A stretch of DNA of 64,000 nt from an uncultured Lachnospiraceae bacterium (lineage in GTDB: Bacteria > Bacillota > Clostridia > Lachnospirales > Lachnospiraceae), in NCBI GenBank assembly GCA_947305245.1, contig CAMZDG010000005.1:26891-90890 (forward strand), in the 5' to 3' direction. Positions 9,149 to 17,691 of this stretch are shown here, piece after piece. Both the position numbers and the translations under genes were made by a program. Below the pieces are notes generated by a model that worked only from the letters and a program-made list of their open reading frames with translations, searched no databases and was not told the origin of the DNA. The number at the start of each line of letters is the position of its first letter. Position 1 is the stretch's first letter.

Positions 9149-10108
9149 ATGATAATTCGAGACTTTGAACCAAAATATACAGAGGAAGCAGCGGAAATTG
9201 CTCTTGACGTATATGATCATGAGAGAGCATTTACACAGGAACTTCCGGAAATATCAGACATTCCGATACTGAAACATTTATCCGGAAACGGCTTCGGTGT
9301 TGCAGCATTTGAAGGCGGAAAAATGGTCGGATTTCTTTGCAGTGTGGAACCATTTGAGAATGCTTTTCGTTCCACTGATGTGAGAGGAGTTTTTTCGCCC
9401 ATGGGTGCGAATGGCGCAGTTATGGAAAATCACGGCATGATTTATGCGGCATTGTATCAGGCTGCTGCAAAAAAGTGGGTAAAAGCCGGAGCGGTGTCAC
9501 ATGCAATTTGTTTATATGAACATGATGAGGAAGCTGCGCAGCAGCTTTTTCGGTATGGATTTGGCATGAGGTGTGTTGATGCCATTCGTCCGATGGAAAC
9601 AATCGATTGCGTTGTATGCAGCGGATATGAGTTTTTGGAATTGCCCAAGGAAGATTATGCATATGTTTATCCGTTGCATTTGGCACTGAATGAGCATTAC
9701 TGCTCCAGCCCCTTTTTTATGAACCGAAAACCAGACACACTGGAAGAGTTTTTGGATTTTTCGGAAAGGAATAAGGAACGTTACTTTGCAGCGAAGATAG
9801 GCGGAGAATTATGCGCTTATTTGGAAGTGTCAGATCAGGGTGAAACCTTCATTGCATCAGGGAATCTTTATCGTCATATCATGGGGGCATATTGTATGCC
9901 GGAACACAGGGGCAGGGGAGTATATCAGAACCTGTTGAATTTTGTGGTAAATACTTTGAAAACGGAAGGATATACCAGACTTGGAGTGGATTTTGAAAGT
10001 ATCAATCCGTCAGGCAGCGGGTTTTGGCTTAAGTTTTTTCATGCCTATACCAATAGCGTTGTGCGCAGGATAGATGATCGGATTATGCAGAGAGCTTCTC
10101 TGATATAA
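9149..10108 (+). CDS. Tandem GNAT-family acetyltransferase, 319 aa
   Basis: C-terminal GAYCMPEHRGRGV motif A; visibly more AT-rich than upstream genes; start reset to ATG 9149. Confidence 0.75.
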   Translation: MIIRDFEPKYTEEAAEIALDVYDHERAFTQELPEISDIPILKHLSGNGFGVAAFEGGKMVGFLCSVEPFENAFRSTDVRGVFSPMGANGAVMENHGMIYAALYQAAAKKWVKAGAVSHAICLYEHDEEAAQQLFRYGFGMRCVDAIRPMETIDCVVCSGYEFLELPKEDYAYVYPLHLALNEHYCSSPFFMNRKPDTLEEFLDFSERNKERYFAAKIGGELCAYLEVSDQGETFIASGNLYRHIMGAYCMPEHRGRGVYQNLLNFVVNTLKTEGYTRLGVDFESINPSGSGFWLKFFHAYTNSVVRRIDDRIMQRASLI

Positions 10109-10279
10109 TCCCATGAATGAAGAAGCAGCGGCTTATTTTTCGGGAGACAAAACCAAACAAGAAGTGATTGACGTGATTCAAAAGAGAGTACAATTGTATT
10201 TGGCTGAGGATTAGAGAACAGGTAAAATCTACTGCTTAGGGTATTGTACTCTTGATAAGAAAGACCAGGAGAAATAGGC

Positions 10280-10777
10280 ATGATGGAATTATTGACCAGA
10301 GATCTTATCCTCAGATCGCTTACCTCAGATGATCTAGACGAAATTGTCAGAATGTGGAATTATCCTGCGGGCGTGACACCGGAAGAGGCAGCTGGGGTCC
10401 TGAAAGGCATGCAGGATAATCTGAAAAAGAACAAGTCCGGAGCGATCTATCATTTATGCCTTGGCGTATTTGAAAAGAGCGATCCGAAGCGTGTGATCGG
10501 TTGGTGCGGGCTTGACGGGATCGCAGCCCCGGGGCAGACAGTTTTGTTTTACGTCATGGATGAAAAATATCGATGCAAAGGTTATGCGACGCAATGCGCC
10601 AAAGAGCTGCTCCGATACGCGTTTGAAGACATGGATTGTAGCAGCGTAGAAAGCGCGTGCGCCAAGGATAACATGGCTTCTTACCGCGTTATGGAAAAAG
10701 CAGGGATGAGACTGATCTCAAGGACAAAGCACGGCGGGTATAATTTTACGATGGCGAAAGAGGATTTTAAGAGCTGA
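10280..10777 (+). CDS. GNAT-family (RimJ/RimL-like) acetyltransferase
   Basis: YRCKGYATQCA motif A; DNMASYRVMEKAGM. Confidence 0.85.
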   Translation: MMELLTRDLILRSLTSDDLDEIVRMWNYPAGVTPEEAAGVLKGMQDNLKKNKSGAIYHLCLGVFEKSDPKRVIGWCGLDGIAAPGQTVLFYVMDEKYRCKGYATQCAKELLRYAFEDMDCSSVESACAKDNMASYRVMEKAGMRLISRTKHGGYNFTMAKEDFKS

Positions 10778-10795
10778 GGAATTGTCAGAGGGGGC

Positions 10796-11689
10796 TTGAG
10801 CATGGACATGAAAACATATTTGGCAGGATTTGATAAGGCGGAAAAGATAAAGCGTGGCATGGCCGGAGATGAGAAATATTACTGCCTGCGCGGCGGGGAG
10901 GAGTTTCTTCTGCGGATCGCTGACGGCGAAGACTATGAGGAAAAGAAAAGAGAATTTGAGCATTTGAAAAGGCTTGGCGATAAAGGCCTTCCGGTTCCGA
11001 AATGCATAGAATTTGCAAAGAGCGATGACAGCAGCAAGGTATTTACGTTACTGTCCTGGATCCCAGGAGAAGAAGCGGAAAAATTGATCCCGCAACTGAG
11101 TCCCAAAGAGCAATACGAACTTGGAAAGCAGGCAGGAGTTATTCTTCGGAAGATTCATGAGGCAGCGCCGATAACGGAGGATTCAAAGGGATGGTATGAA
11201 AGATACTTTGAAGTGATCACACCAAGGCTGGATGCCTATAAGAGCGAAGGAATCCCTTTCGACGGGTCGGATAAGATACGAAACTTTATTGAAGAAAACA
11301 AACACTTGATAAAGTCTCGCCCGCTTTGTCACCACCACGGGGATTATCATACGGGAAATCTGATCGTAAATGATGGAAAACTATGGGTGATCGATTGGCA
11401 TACCATGGACTTTGACAGCATCGGAGATCCCTGGTATGAGTTTAACAGGCTCGATACGAAATATCCGGAATTTGCAAAAGGACAGATTGACGCATATTTT
11501 GACGGCAAGGTGCCCGATGAGTTCTGGCGTTTGTTCGCTTTATATTTTTCCACAAGTGCGATCACTTCGATCGTCTGGGCAAAGTATTGGGCACCGGATA
11601 AGCTCGATGAGATCATGGGATTAAACCGAAGCGTTCTTAAACTGTTTGACAATATGGAGAATCCGATTCCAGCGTGGTATCGGAAATGA
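10796..11689 (+). CDS. APH/choline kinase-family phosphotransferase
   Basis: Intact Brenner motif HHGDYHTGN followed by VIDW and GDPWYEF. Confidence 0.85.
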   Translation: MSMDMKTYLAGFDKAEKIKRGMAGDEKYYCLRGGEEFLLRIADGEDYEEKKREFEHLKRLGDKGLPVPKCIEFAKSDDSSKVFTLLSWIPGEEAEKLIPQLSPKEQYELGKQAGVILRKIHEAAPITEDSKGWYERYFEVITPRLDAYKSEGIPFDGSDKIRNFIEENKHLIKSRPLCHHHGDYHTGNLIVNDGKLWVIDWHTMDFDSIGDPWYEFNRLDTKYPEFAKGQIDAYFDGKVPDEFWRLFALYFSTSAITSIVWAKYWAPDKLDEIMGLNRSVLKLFDNMENPIPAWYRK

Positions 11690-11741
11690 GAGAGTATGAG
11701 GGAGCGGCGACGAACTAATAATATATTTATGGGGGTATCAC

Positions 11742-12617
11742 ATGGAAAATACTATTTTGGAGTGGTTACTTGAGGAAGGGACGCCAGAGGTGAGACTTCG
11801 CACGTTAAAAGAGTTTCAAAAGCTTTCGGATCATGATGAGCGCATCAAGGATTGCAAGCAAAAGCTCCTGCAAAGCAAGACCTATGAGAGGGCTCTGAAA
11901 AAGCTGAAGAAGGACAAGCCCTGGGACAAATATGACGCCATCATGGCCTTTGCGGAATGGGGACTGACAAGGGACGATATCGGAAAAGAAATTGATGATG
12001 AAGTGTTTGGCTTGATCGAGAGCACGGGATTTAAGATGCTGTGCGGAGAGCCTCTTTTGCTAAGAAATCTGGTCAAGCTGGGGTATTATTCCGAAGAAAT
12101 CGTTAAGAATGAAATTGATTCCGTCCTGAAACTGATCAAGGAAGACGGCGGGTTTGGATGCATCAGCACCAACAAAAAGACGAACGATCCGAAAAAGCCT
12201 CATAAGAGCTGCGCCAGGCTCACGGTAGAATACCTGTTGTTGGCTGCGGAACTGTCGCTTCAGGGGCACAGACCGGAATGCGCGGATGCCCTGGTTCATT
12301 ATTTCACCAAGCGAAACATCTTCTACCGAACGGATGACATGAAAACACCCATGGTGGACGTGATGCTTAGCACGTTCTATCCACCTGATCCCATCAAGAT
12401 AGGCGCGCACATGATTGTTTATGCTCTAAGAGTACTGGGATGCGACCCTGGCTTAGATGCCATGCAGGCCGGGTACAAAGCATTGGATCAGCACAGGCTG
12501 ACTAACGGCAGGTTCGTGCTGACCGCGTCCAAAAGCGTACCCGCATTCAAGGCCGGGAACATTGGCGAAGAGAACAAATGGGTAACGCTTTACGCCTATA
12601 TGGCGCAAGAATCATGA
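11742..12617 (+). CDS. Hypothetical all-alpha protein (possibly prenyltransferase/squalene-cyclase-repeat-like)
   Basis: 291-aa ORF with RBS; EDGGFGC and LTNGRF resemble QW-type repeats; function not assignable. Confidence 0.5.
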   Translation: MENTILEWLLEEGTPEVRLRTLKEFQKLSDHDERIKDCKQKLLQSKTYERALKKLKKDKPWDKYDAIMAFAEWGLTRDDIGKEIDDEVFGLIESTGFKMLCGEPLLLRNLVKLGYYSEEIVKNEIDSVLKLIKEDGGFGCISTNKKTNDPKKPHKSCARLTVEYLLLAAELSLQGHRPECADALVHYFTKRNIFYRTDDMKTPMVDVMLSTFYPPDPIKIGAHMIVYALRVLGCDPGLDAMQAGYKALDQHRLTNGRFVLTASKSVPAFKAGNIGEENKWVTLYAYMAQES

Positions 12618-13126
12618 AAAATCATATTATACATCCTATTCCGCCGTTTTATGATGAGAATTCAAACATACTGATCCTGGGGAGTTTTCCTTCCGTGAAA
12701 TCGCGTGAGCAACTGTTTTTTTACGGACATCCGCAAAACAGGTTTTGGAAGGTGATCGCTTCGGTTTTTGAGACGGACAAGCCGGAAACGATCCCTGAAA
12801 AGAAGGCTTTTCTTACGGAGCATCACATTGCGCTGTGGGACGTGATCGGATCCTGTGACATTGAGGGTTCGTCGGATTCCAGTATTGAGAACGTCGTGGC
12901 AAATGATATCTCGCCCATCCTGAAAAAGGCCAAGATCAGAGGTGTCTTTGTGAATGGGAAAACGGCGGAGAAATATTATATCAAATATATGGAACCGAAA
13001 ACAGGCATCAAAGCAATCTGCTTGCCGTCCACCAGTCCCGCCAACGCTGCCTGGAGCGTGGAAAGGCTGGTAAAGCAATGGGGCAAGGAGATCGCCGGAG
13101 TGCTTTCGGATAGAAAATTCCTTTAG
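12614..13126 (+). CDS. DNA-deoxyinosine glycosylase (UDG superfamily), 170 aa
   Basis: LILGSFPSVKS, YGHPQNRFW, ALWDVI, NGK, LPSTSPAN. Confidence 0.9.
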   Translation: MKNHIIHPIPPFYDENSNILILGSFPSVKSREQLFFYGHPQNRFWKVIASVFETDKPETIPEKKAFLTEHHIALWDVIGSCDIEGSSDSSIENVVANDISPILKKAKIRGVFVNGKTAEKYYIKYMEPKTGIKAICLPSTSPANAAWSVERLVKQWGKEIAGVLSDRKFL

Positions 13127-13141
13127 AGCGGGAAAGGGGGC

Positions 13142-13963
13142 GTGGCCTTGAAATCGTTATATGTTTCGGACTTAGACGGTACGCTCCTCCGGAGTGATCA
13201 GAGAATTTCAGAATATACCAATCGCGTGATCAATGACCTGACGGAGCGGGGCATGTTTTTTTCCTATGCGACCGCGCGTTCCCTGATCACGGCGAAAAAG
13301 GTGACGAAGGGCTTAAATGCAAAGATCCCGCTGATCCTTTATAACGGTGCATTCATTATTGACAATGCCACCGGGGAGATCTTAAAGGCGAATTATTTCG
13401 AGAAGGCTTCCGTGAAAGAGCTCTTGGATCGGTTGTTTGATCATCAGATTTATCCCATCGTTTATGCCTATTTAGACGGTGCGGAGAAGTTTTCTTACGT
13501 GCCGGAGCTTAGCACCTCCGGCATGAAAAAGTTTACGGACAGCCGCGCGGGCGACGTCAGGGAGCATGCAGTCCCTGCGGCTGACGATCTTCGAAACGGT
13601 GACATTTTCTATCTGACCTGCATTGACGAGCCGGAAAAGCTGTACCCAATTTACGAACGCTACAAGGATCAATTTCACTGCGTCTATCAGAAAGACGTTT
13701 ACACGGGAGACCAGTGGCTTGAGATCATGCCTAAGGAGGCATCCAAGGCGAATGCCATCCGGCAGCTAAAGGAACTGTTTTCCTGCGACAGGGTGATCGC
13801 CTTTGGCGACGGGAAAAACGACATAGACATGTTCGAGATCGCCGATGAGACCTATGCCGTTTCCAACGCGCATGAGGCGCTGAAGGAGAAGGCCACGGGG
13901 ATCATTGGTTCCAATAATGAGGACGGCGTTGCAAAATGGCTGGAAGAACATGGAAAGGTATAG
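13142..13963 (+). CDS. Cof-type HAD-IIB hydrolase
   Basis: SDLDGTLL, YATARS, SKANA, FGDGKNDIDMF; GTG start. Confidence 0.92.
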   Translation: MALKSLYVSDLDGTLLRSDQRISEYTNRVINDLTERGMFFSYATARSLITAKKVTKGLNAKIPLILYNGAFIIDNATGEILKANYFEKASVKELLDRLFDHQIYPIVYAYLDGAEKFSYVPELSTSGMKKFTDSRAGDVREHAVPAADDLRNGDIFYLTCIDEPEKLYPIYERYKDQFHCVYQKDVYTGDQWLEIMPKEASKANAIRQLKELFSCDRVIAFGDGKNDIDMFEIADETYAVSNAHEALKEKATGIIGSNNEDGVAKWLEEHGKV

Positions 13964-14011
13964 TTTTGTTATAACGATTCTCTCTATATCACAATGCGTT
14001 TCATGCTGTTA

Positions 14012-14037
14012 TGATAAAATCGTAAAGCGCTTTACGA
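14012..14037 (+). promoter_or_regulatory. Extended -10 promoter with a perfect 18-bp LacI/CcpA-type palindrome
   Basis: TGaTAAAAT (14012-14020) abuts TCGTAAAGCGCTTTACGA (14020-14037). Confidence 0.75.
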
Positions 14038-14082
14038 AAGAAATCACTTGAAAACATTAGCATGGAAAAGGAGGATTGTTTT

Positions 14083-14793
14083 ATGAACAGAGATATTTTT
14101 ATCAGAAATTTGACGAAAGACAAAATAGAGATGAGCCCGAAAGGTAGGAATTCCAATGAGCTGACGCCGGAGGAATTTGAACAGTGCTATGAGAACTTCT
14201 TTGACATGATCTATGAGATCGCGGCCACGGATATTTCTTCATTATCTGGGTACGGGGAGTTTGACGAGAATAATCAGGCGCCGTATGAGACGCTGGAGGA
14301 CTTCATTCGCGACGAGATCATTCATGAGAAGACGGAAGGATATTGGAAGAACTGGACCCAGATGTTCGGAACCACGTTCCTTGAGAAGGAGTATTATTAT
14401 GAGATCGCGGAAAAGGCACTAAAATATGCGCCCTTCTGCGAAGGGAAGAGATTCCTTGTCAACAATAATACCTTCTTTTGCAACATGATCGTGGACGAGG
14501 CGGGCAAGGTACATCCTGCAGACTGGGGAAGAGCCGGGATCATGGATTATCTGATGGATTTTGCGATCCTTGACCTGAATAAGCCTTATCTCCTGGTACC
14601 TGAAAAGTTGTGGGACTACGCGAAAAAGAGAGGCATTCAGATTGAGAATTTCAAGGAGCGCTTCCTGTGCATGGCGTATTTTAAGGGAATTGCAACCTTA
14701 AGGTGGCATGCCTCCATCGATGATCTGGAATCCTGCGAGTCCATTGTCAGGTCCATCAATGCATTGGAAGGACGCATGTCGAAGCTGGCTTAA
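14083..14793 (+). CDS. APH-fold C-lobe-only protein resembling hygromycin B kinase; catalytic loop degenerate, 236 aa
   Basis: IAATDISSLSGYGEFD and RFLVNNNTFFCNMIV..ADWG; start ATG 14083 after AAGGAGG. Confidence 0.6.
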   Translation: MNRDIFIRNLTKDKIEMSPKGRNSNELTPEEFEQCYENFFDMIYEIAATDISSLSGYGEFDENNQAPYETLEDFIRDEIIHEKTEGYWKNWTQMFGTTFLEKEYYYEIAEKALKYAPFCEGKRFLVNNNTFFCNMIVDEAGKVHPADWGRAGIMDYLMDFAILDLNKPYLLVPEKLWDYAKKRGIQIENFKERFLCMAYFKGIATLRWHASIDDLESCESIVRSINALEGRMSKLA

Positions 14794-14812
14794 GAAAGCA
14801 GGGAATGGCGCG

Positions 14813-15493
14813 ATGAAATATGAAAATGCAAAGGACGTGCTTCCTGCGAGGCTTTTGGAGGAAGTGCAGAAATATGCGGAGGGCAAAGTGATCTATATCC
14901 CCAGAACCGAAAAAGGAAGGGGCTGGGGAGAGGCCTCCGGATATCGGGAAAAATTAAGGAAACGAAATGCGTTGATCTGCAGCCGTTACTTGGCTGGGCA
15001 GTCCATTATGGAAATCGCGGAAGAATTTTTTCTTTCGCCGGAAACCATAAAAAAGCTCGTTTATGGAAAGAAAATGGAGCTGCCTGCTTTCTCGCCGTCG
15101 GTTATGTCCGCGCGGCAGTATGCGGAAGCAGGCATGGGAGAAGAATGGGTGCGCAGTTACCTAAGCCTGTACCAGAAGACCGTGCCGGATACGGAGGAAT
15201 ACTTTATGTCGGAGCTGGTACGGATCCCGCTTCGGCTGATCGAGGCAGGTACTATTCACGCGATGGCCAAGGCGGGAGATCCCGGCGAAGCGGCAGAGTC
15301 AGATGAGAGCTTTTATGAGGTCCCGCTGATCGTGGTTTATGAGCAGGGACATTTTATGGTGCCGTTTCAACCATCCTACCTGGAAGGGCTGGTGAAAGAA
15401 AAAAGAAACGCGCATTATGCCTTCGTCTTTGCCCAAAATGAAGATTACGGGTATTTTTGGAATCATTACGGAAAACATTTTTCAAAGTGGTAA
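14813..15493 (+). CDS. CD3324/Mor-like HTH protein fused to a degenerate ParB-N-like domain, 226 aa
   Basis: MKYENAKDVLP..LLEEVQKYAEG..IYIP; second half QYAEAG..EEWV..YL and PLIVVY. Confidence 0.65.
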   Translation: MKYENAKDVLPARLLEEVQKYAEGKVIYIPRTEKGRGWGEASGYREKLRKRNALICSRYLAGQSIMEIAEEFFLSPETIKKLVYGKKMELPAFSPSVMSARQYAEAGMGEEWVRSYLSLYQKTVPDTEEYFMSELVRIPLRLIEAGTIHAMAKAGDPGEAAESDESFYEVPLIVVYEQGHFMVPFQPSYLEGLVKEKRNAHYAFVFAQNEDYGYFWNHYGKHFSKW

Positions 15494-15537
15494 AGCAGGT
15501 TTATGGTTATTTTTTTGAAAAAATTTGCATAAAACTA

Positions 15538-15568
15538 TTGACTGTAAACCTTGTTGATACTGTATGGT
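15538..15568 (+). promoter_or_regulatory. MerR-type promoter with a 19-bp spacer
   Basis: TTGACT-N19-TATGGT directly upstream of the MerR-family gene. Confidence 0.6.
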
Positions 15569-15601
15569 TGCCCTATCAAGCAAAACAAGGAGGTATTTGC
15601 C

Positions 15602-16360
15602 ATGACAATCAAAGAAGTGGAAAAGCTCCTGGAGATTCCCAGGGCAACTGTAAGGTTTTATGAAAAAGAAGGATTGATCGATCCTGGCAGGGAAGAAAAC
15701 GGATATCGGGATTATTCGGAAGAAGACGTGGAAAAGCTGCGGAAGGTCATAATCCTTCGGAAAATTGGAATGTCGGTGGATGATGTCAGTGATATTTTTG
15801 ACGGGGCAAAAACCATGAGTGATGCGCTCGAGATCAACATCCTAAAGCTCCGTCAGCAAATGGAGGAATTAAAGGGCGCCATCAGGCTAAGTCAAAGGAT
15901 GAAGGAAGACGCGGCCACGATTTCTTCCATGGATGCCATCGCTTATTGGAATGTCATTGCGGAGGAAGAAAAGCAGGGAAATTCCTTTATGGACGTCGCG
16001 AAGGATATCGCCATGGTGGAAAAAGAGGTCGTAAAGGGCTATTTTGGAAAGCCCGAGGATTCTCCGGCCCGCTTTTTCAGAAACGTTGTAATCAATGTTT
16101 TCATGAGCGGCATCGTTGTGTGCATTTTGAAACGCTCGTGGGAGCTCAAGAATTTTAAGGATGGTCTGCTGGGCGTCGGAATCATCATGCTCCTTGAGAT
16201 CGTGCTATCTGTTCCCTTGTATTATCTTGGGAAGAGATACGAATTTATCCGGAAACATAGAACGGCCATCCTGATCATGATGGCGTTTATTCTGGTAGGC
16301 ATATTATTGATAATAGATCAATTTTTGGCCCATGGGGACGGGGTAATAGGTTCAAAATAG
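15602..16360 (+). CDS. MerR-family regulator with C-terminal TM segments, 252 aa
   Basis: MTIKEVEKLL..RATVRFYEKEGLI.P.REENGYRDY; hydrophobic C-terminus. Confidence 0.9.
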   Translation: MTIKEVEKLLEIPRATVRFYEKEGLIDPGREENGYRDYSEEDVEKLRKVIILRKIGMSVDDVSDIFDGAKTMSDALEINILKLRQQMEELKGAIRLSQRMKEDAATISSMDAIAYWNVIAEEEKQGNSFMDVAKDIAMVEKEVVKGYFGKPEDSPARFFRNVVINVFMSGIVVCILKRSWELKNFKDGLLGVGIIMLLEIVLSVPLYYLGKRYEFIRKHRTAILIMMAFILVGILLIIDQFLAHGDGVIGSK

Positions 16361-16382
16361 TGACCCACAAACCCCGTCCCCA
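16333..16382. repeat. REP-like hairpin element overlapping the MerR stop
   Basis: TGGGGACGGGGT (16333-16344) / ACCCCGTCCCCA (16371-16382) with an inner GGTTCA/TGACC stem. Confidence 0.6.
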
Positions 16383-16395
16383 AAGGTCCCAGGCT

Positions 16396-16422
16396 ACCCT
16401 TGGCGGGGTAGTCTTTTTTTTT
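16396..16422 (+). terminator. Rho-independent terminator
   Basis: GGCTACCC...GGGTAGTC followed by a long T-run. Confidence 0.75.
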
Positions 16423-16552
16423 GTCAATTGATATCACGGGCGGCAGTCTTCAATCTTTGCAGAAAATGAAATTTGTGATAGAATGATAAATGTAGATTTA
16501 TGCGGCGCAGGCCGATGGAATACATAAGACCTATGGAAAGAGGATCGAGGAT

Positions 16553-17641
16553 ATGAAAAAGAGATTCATTTCATTCATGATCGCATGCATGATGACGACA
16601 TTGTTATGCGCATGCGAAACAAATACGCGGGAGGAAAGTACAATGACGGAAAACATTGCGACGGAAAGTAGTGAGCAGGAAGAAAATGTTGGAGGGGTAA
16701 GCGAGGAGGACAAGGGCTCGTTCGCGACCGGCATCGCGACGGAGGATAGTTCGGAAAACTCTTCCGCCACGGAAGAGACGAGTGCGGAAGAAGCATTTGT
16801 CCTGACGGACGAGATCGAGGAGCGTTGTCCCATTGCCTTTACGGCGACACGCAAGGACGTAACATACGGGGAGTATACTCACGGGACATATCAGTCGACG
16901 ACCTGCGGGATGGAGCGAGGGTACTGTATTCTTCTTCCGGCAGATTATAGCATGGAAAAGAAGTATCCCGTGCTGTATCTCCTGCACGGGATCTTTGGAA
17001 ATGAATATTCCTTCTCGGGCGATTCGAGCAATAAGATCAAGGAAATTGTGGGGAACATGGCCGCGGAGGGTCTGATCGAGGAGACGATCATCGTTTGTCC
17101 CAACATGTATGCGACCACAGATCCCAAGCAACAGCCGGGGTTTGATGCGGAGAGCTGTCTGCCGTATGATAATTTTATCAATGATCTGGTAACCGATCTG
17201 ATGCCGCATATCGAGAAGGAATACTCGGTCCTTACCGGAAGGGAGAATACCTATTTGGGCGGTTTCTCCATGGGCGGGCGTGAGACGATCTTTATCGCAC
17301 TGCAAAAGCCTGAGCTGTTCGGCTATGTGTGTGCGATCTCTGCGGCGCCCGGGATCGTGGCGACGACGGACAAGTTTATGACGCATCCGGGACAGCTTGC
17401 GGAGGACGAAGTGAAGTTCGCGGAGGATGCAACCGTTCCCAACGTATTTATCCTTTGCTGTGGTACCAGGGATTCCGTCGTGGGAACCTATCCCAAGTCC
17501 TATCATGAATTGCTTGAGGCAAATGGCACGGACCATATTTGGTATGAGATCACGGGAGCGGATCATGACAACAATGCGATCAAGAGCGGACTGTATAATC
17601 TGTTCAAGCAGATCGCATATGACAAGGCAACGGATAAGTAA
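16553..17641 (+). CDS. Lipoprotein alpha/beta-hydrolase esterase (CE1, XynZ-esterase-like)
   Basis: Lipobox LLCAC; acidic linker; KYPVLYLLHG, GFSMGG nucleophile, GADHD. Confidence 0.88.
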   Translation: MKKRFISFMIACMMTTLLCACETNTREESTMTENIATESSEQEENVGGVSEEDKGSFATGIATEDSSENSSATEETSAEEAFVLTDEIEERCPIAFTATRKDVTYGEYTHGTYQSTTCGMERGYCILLPADYSMEKKYPVLYLLHGIFGNEYSFSGDSSNKIKEIVGNMAAEGLIEETIIVCPNMYATTDPKQQPGFDAESCLPYDNFINDLVTDLMPHIEKEYSVLTGRENTYLGGFSMGGRETIFIALQKPELFGYVCAISAAPGIVATTDKFMTHPGQLAEDEVKFAEDATVPNVFILCCGTRDSVVGTYPKSYHELLEANGTDHIWYEITGADHDNNAIKSGLYNLFKQIAYDKATDK

Positions 17642-17691
17642 GATAAAGTTTCATCAAACCAGGATTTTCTTGTGTTAAGGGAGGGCGACAT

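Noticed and set aside
10796-11689. Bona fide aminoglycoside resistance gene
   Set aside because: Only the general APH/choline-kinase fold motifs are recognisable; substrate cannot be assigned from sequence
9060-14080. Integron-like cassette array of GNAT/APH genes
   Set aside because: Intergenic regions share no repeated attC-like site; only one 10-bp inverted repeat (10185-10194 / 10243-10252) was found; no integrase
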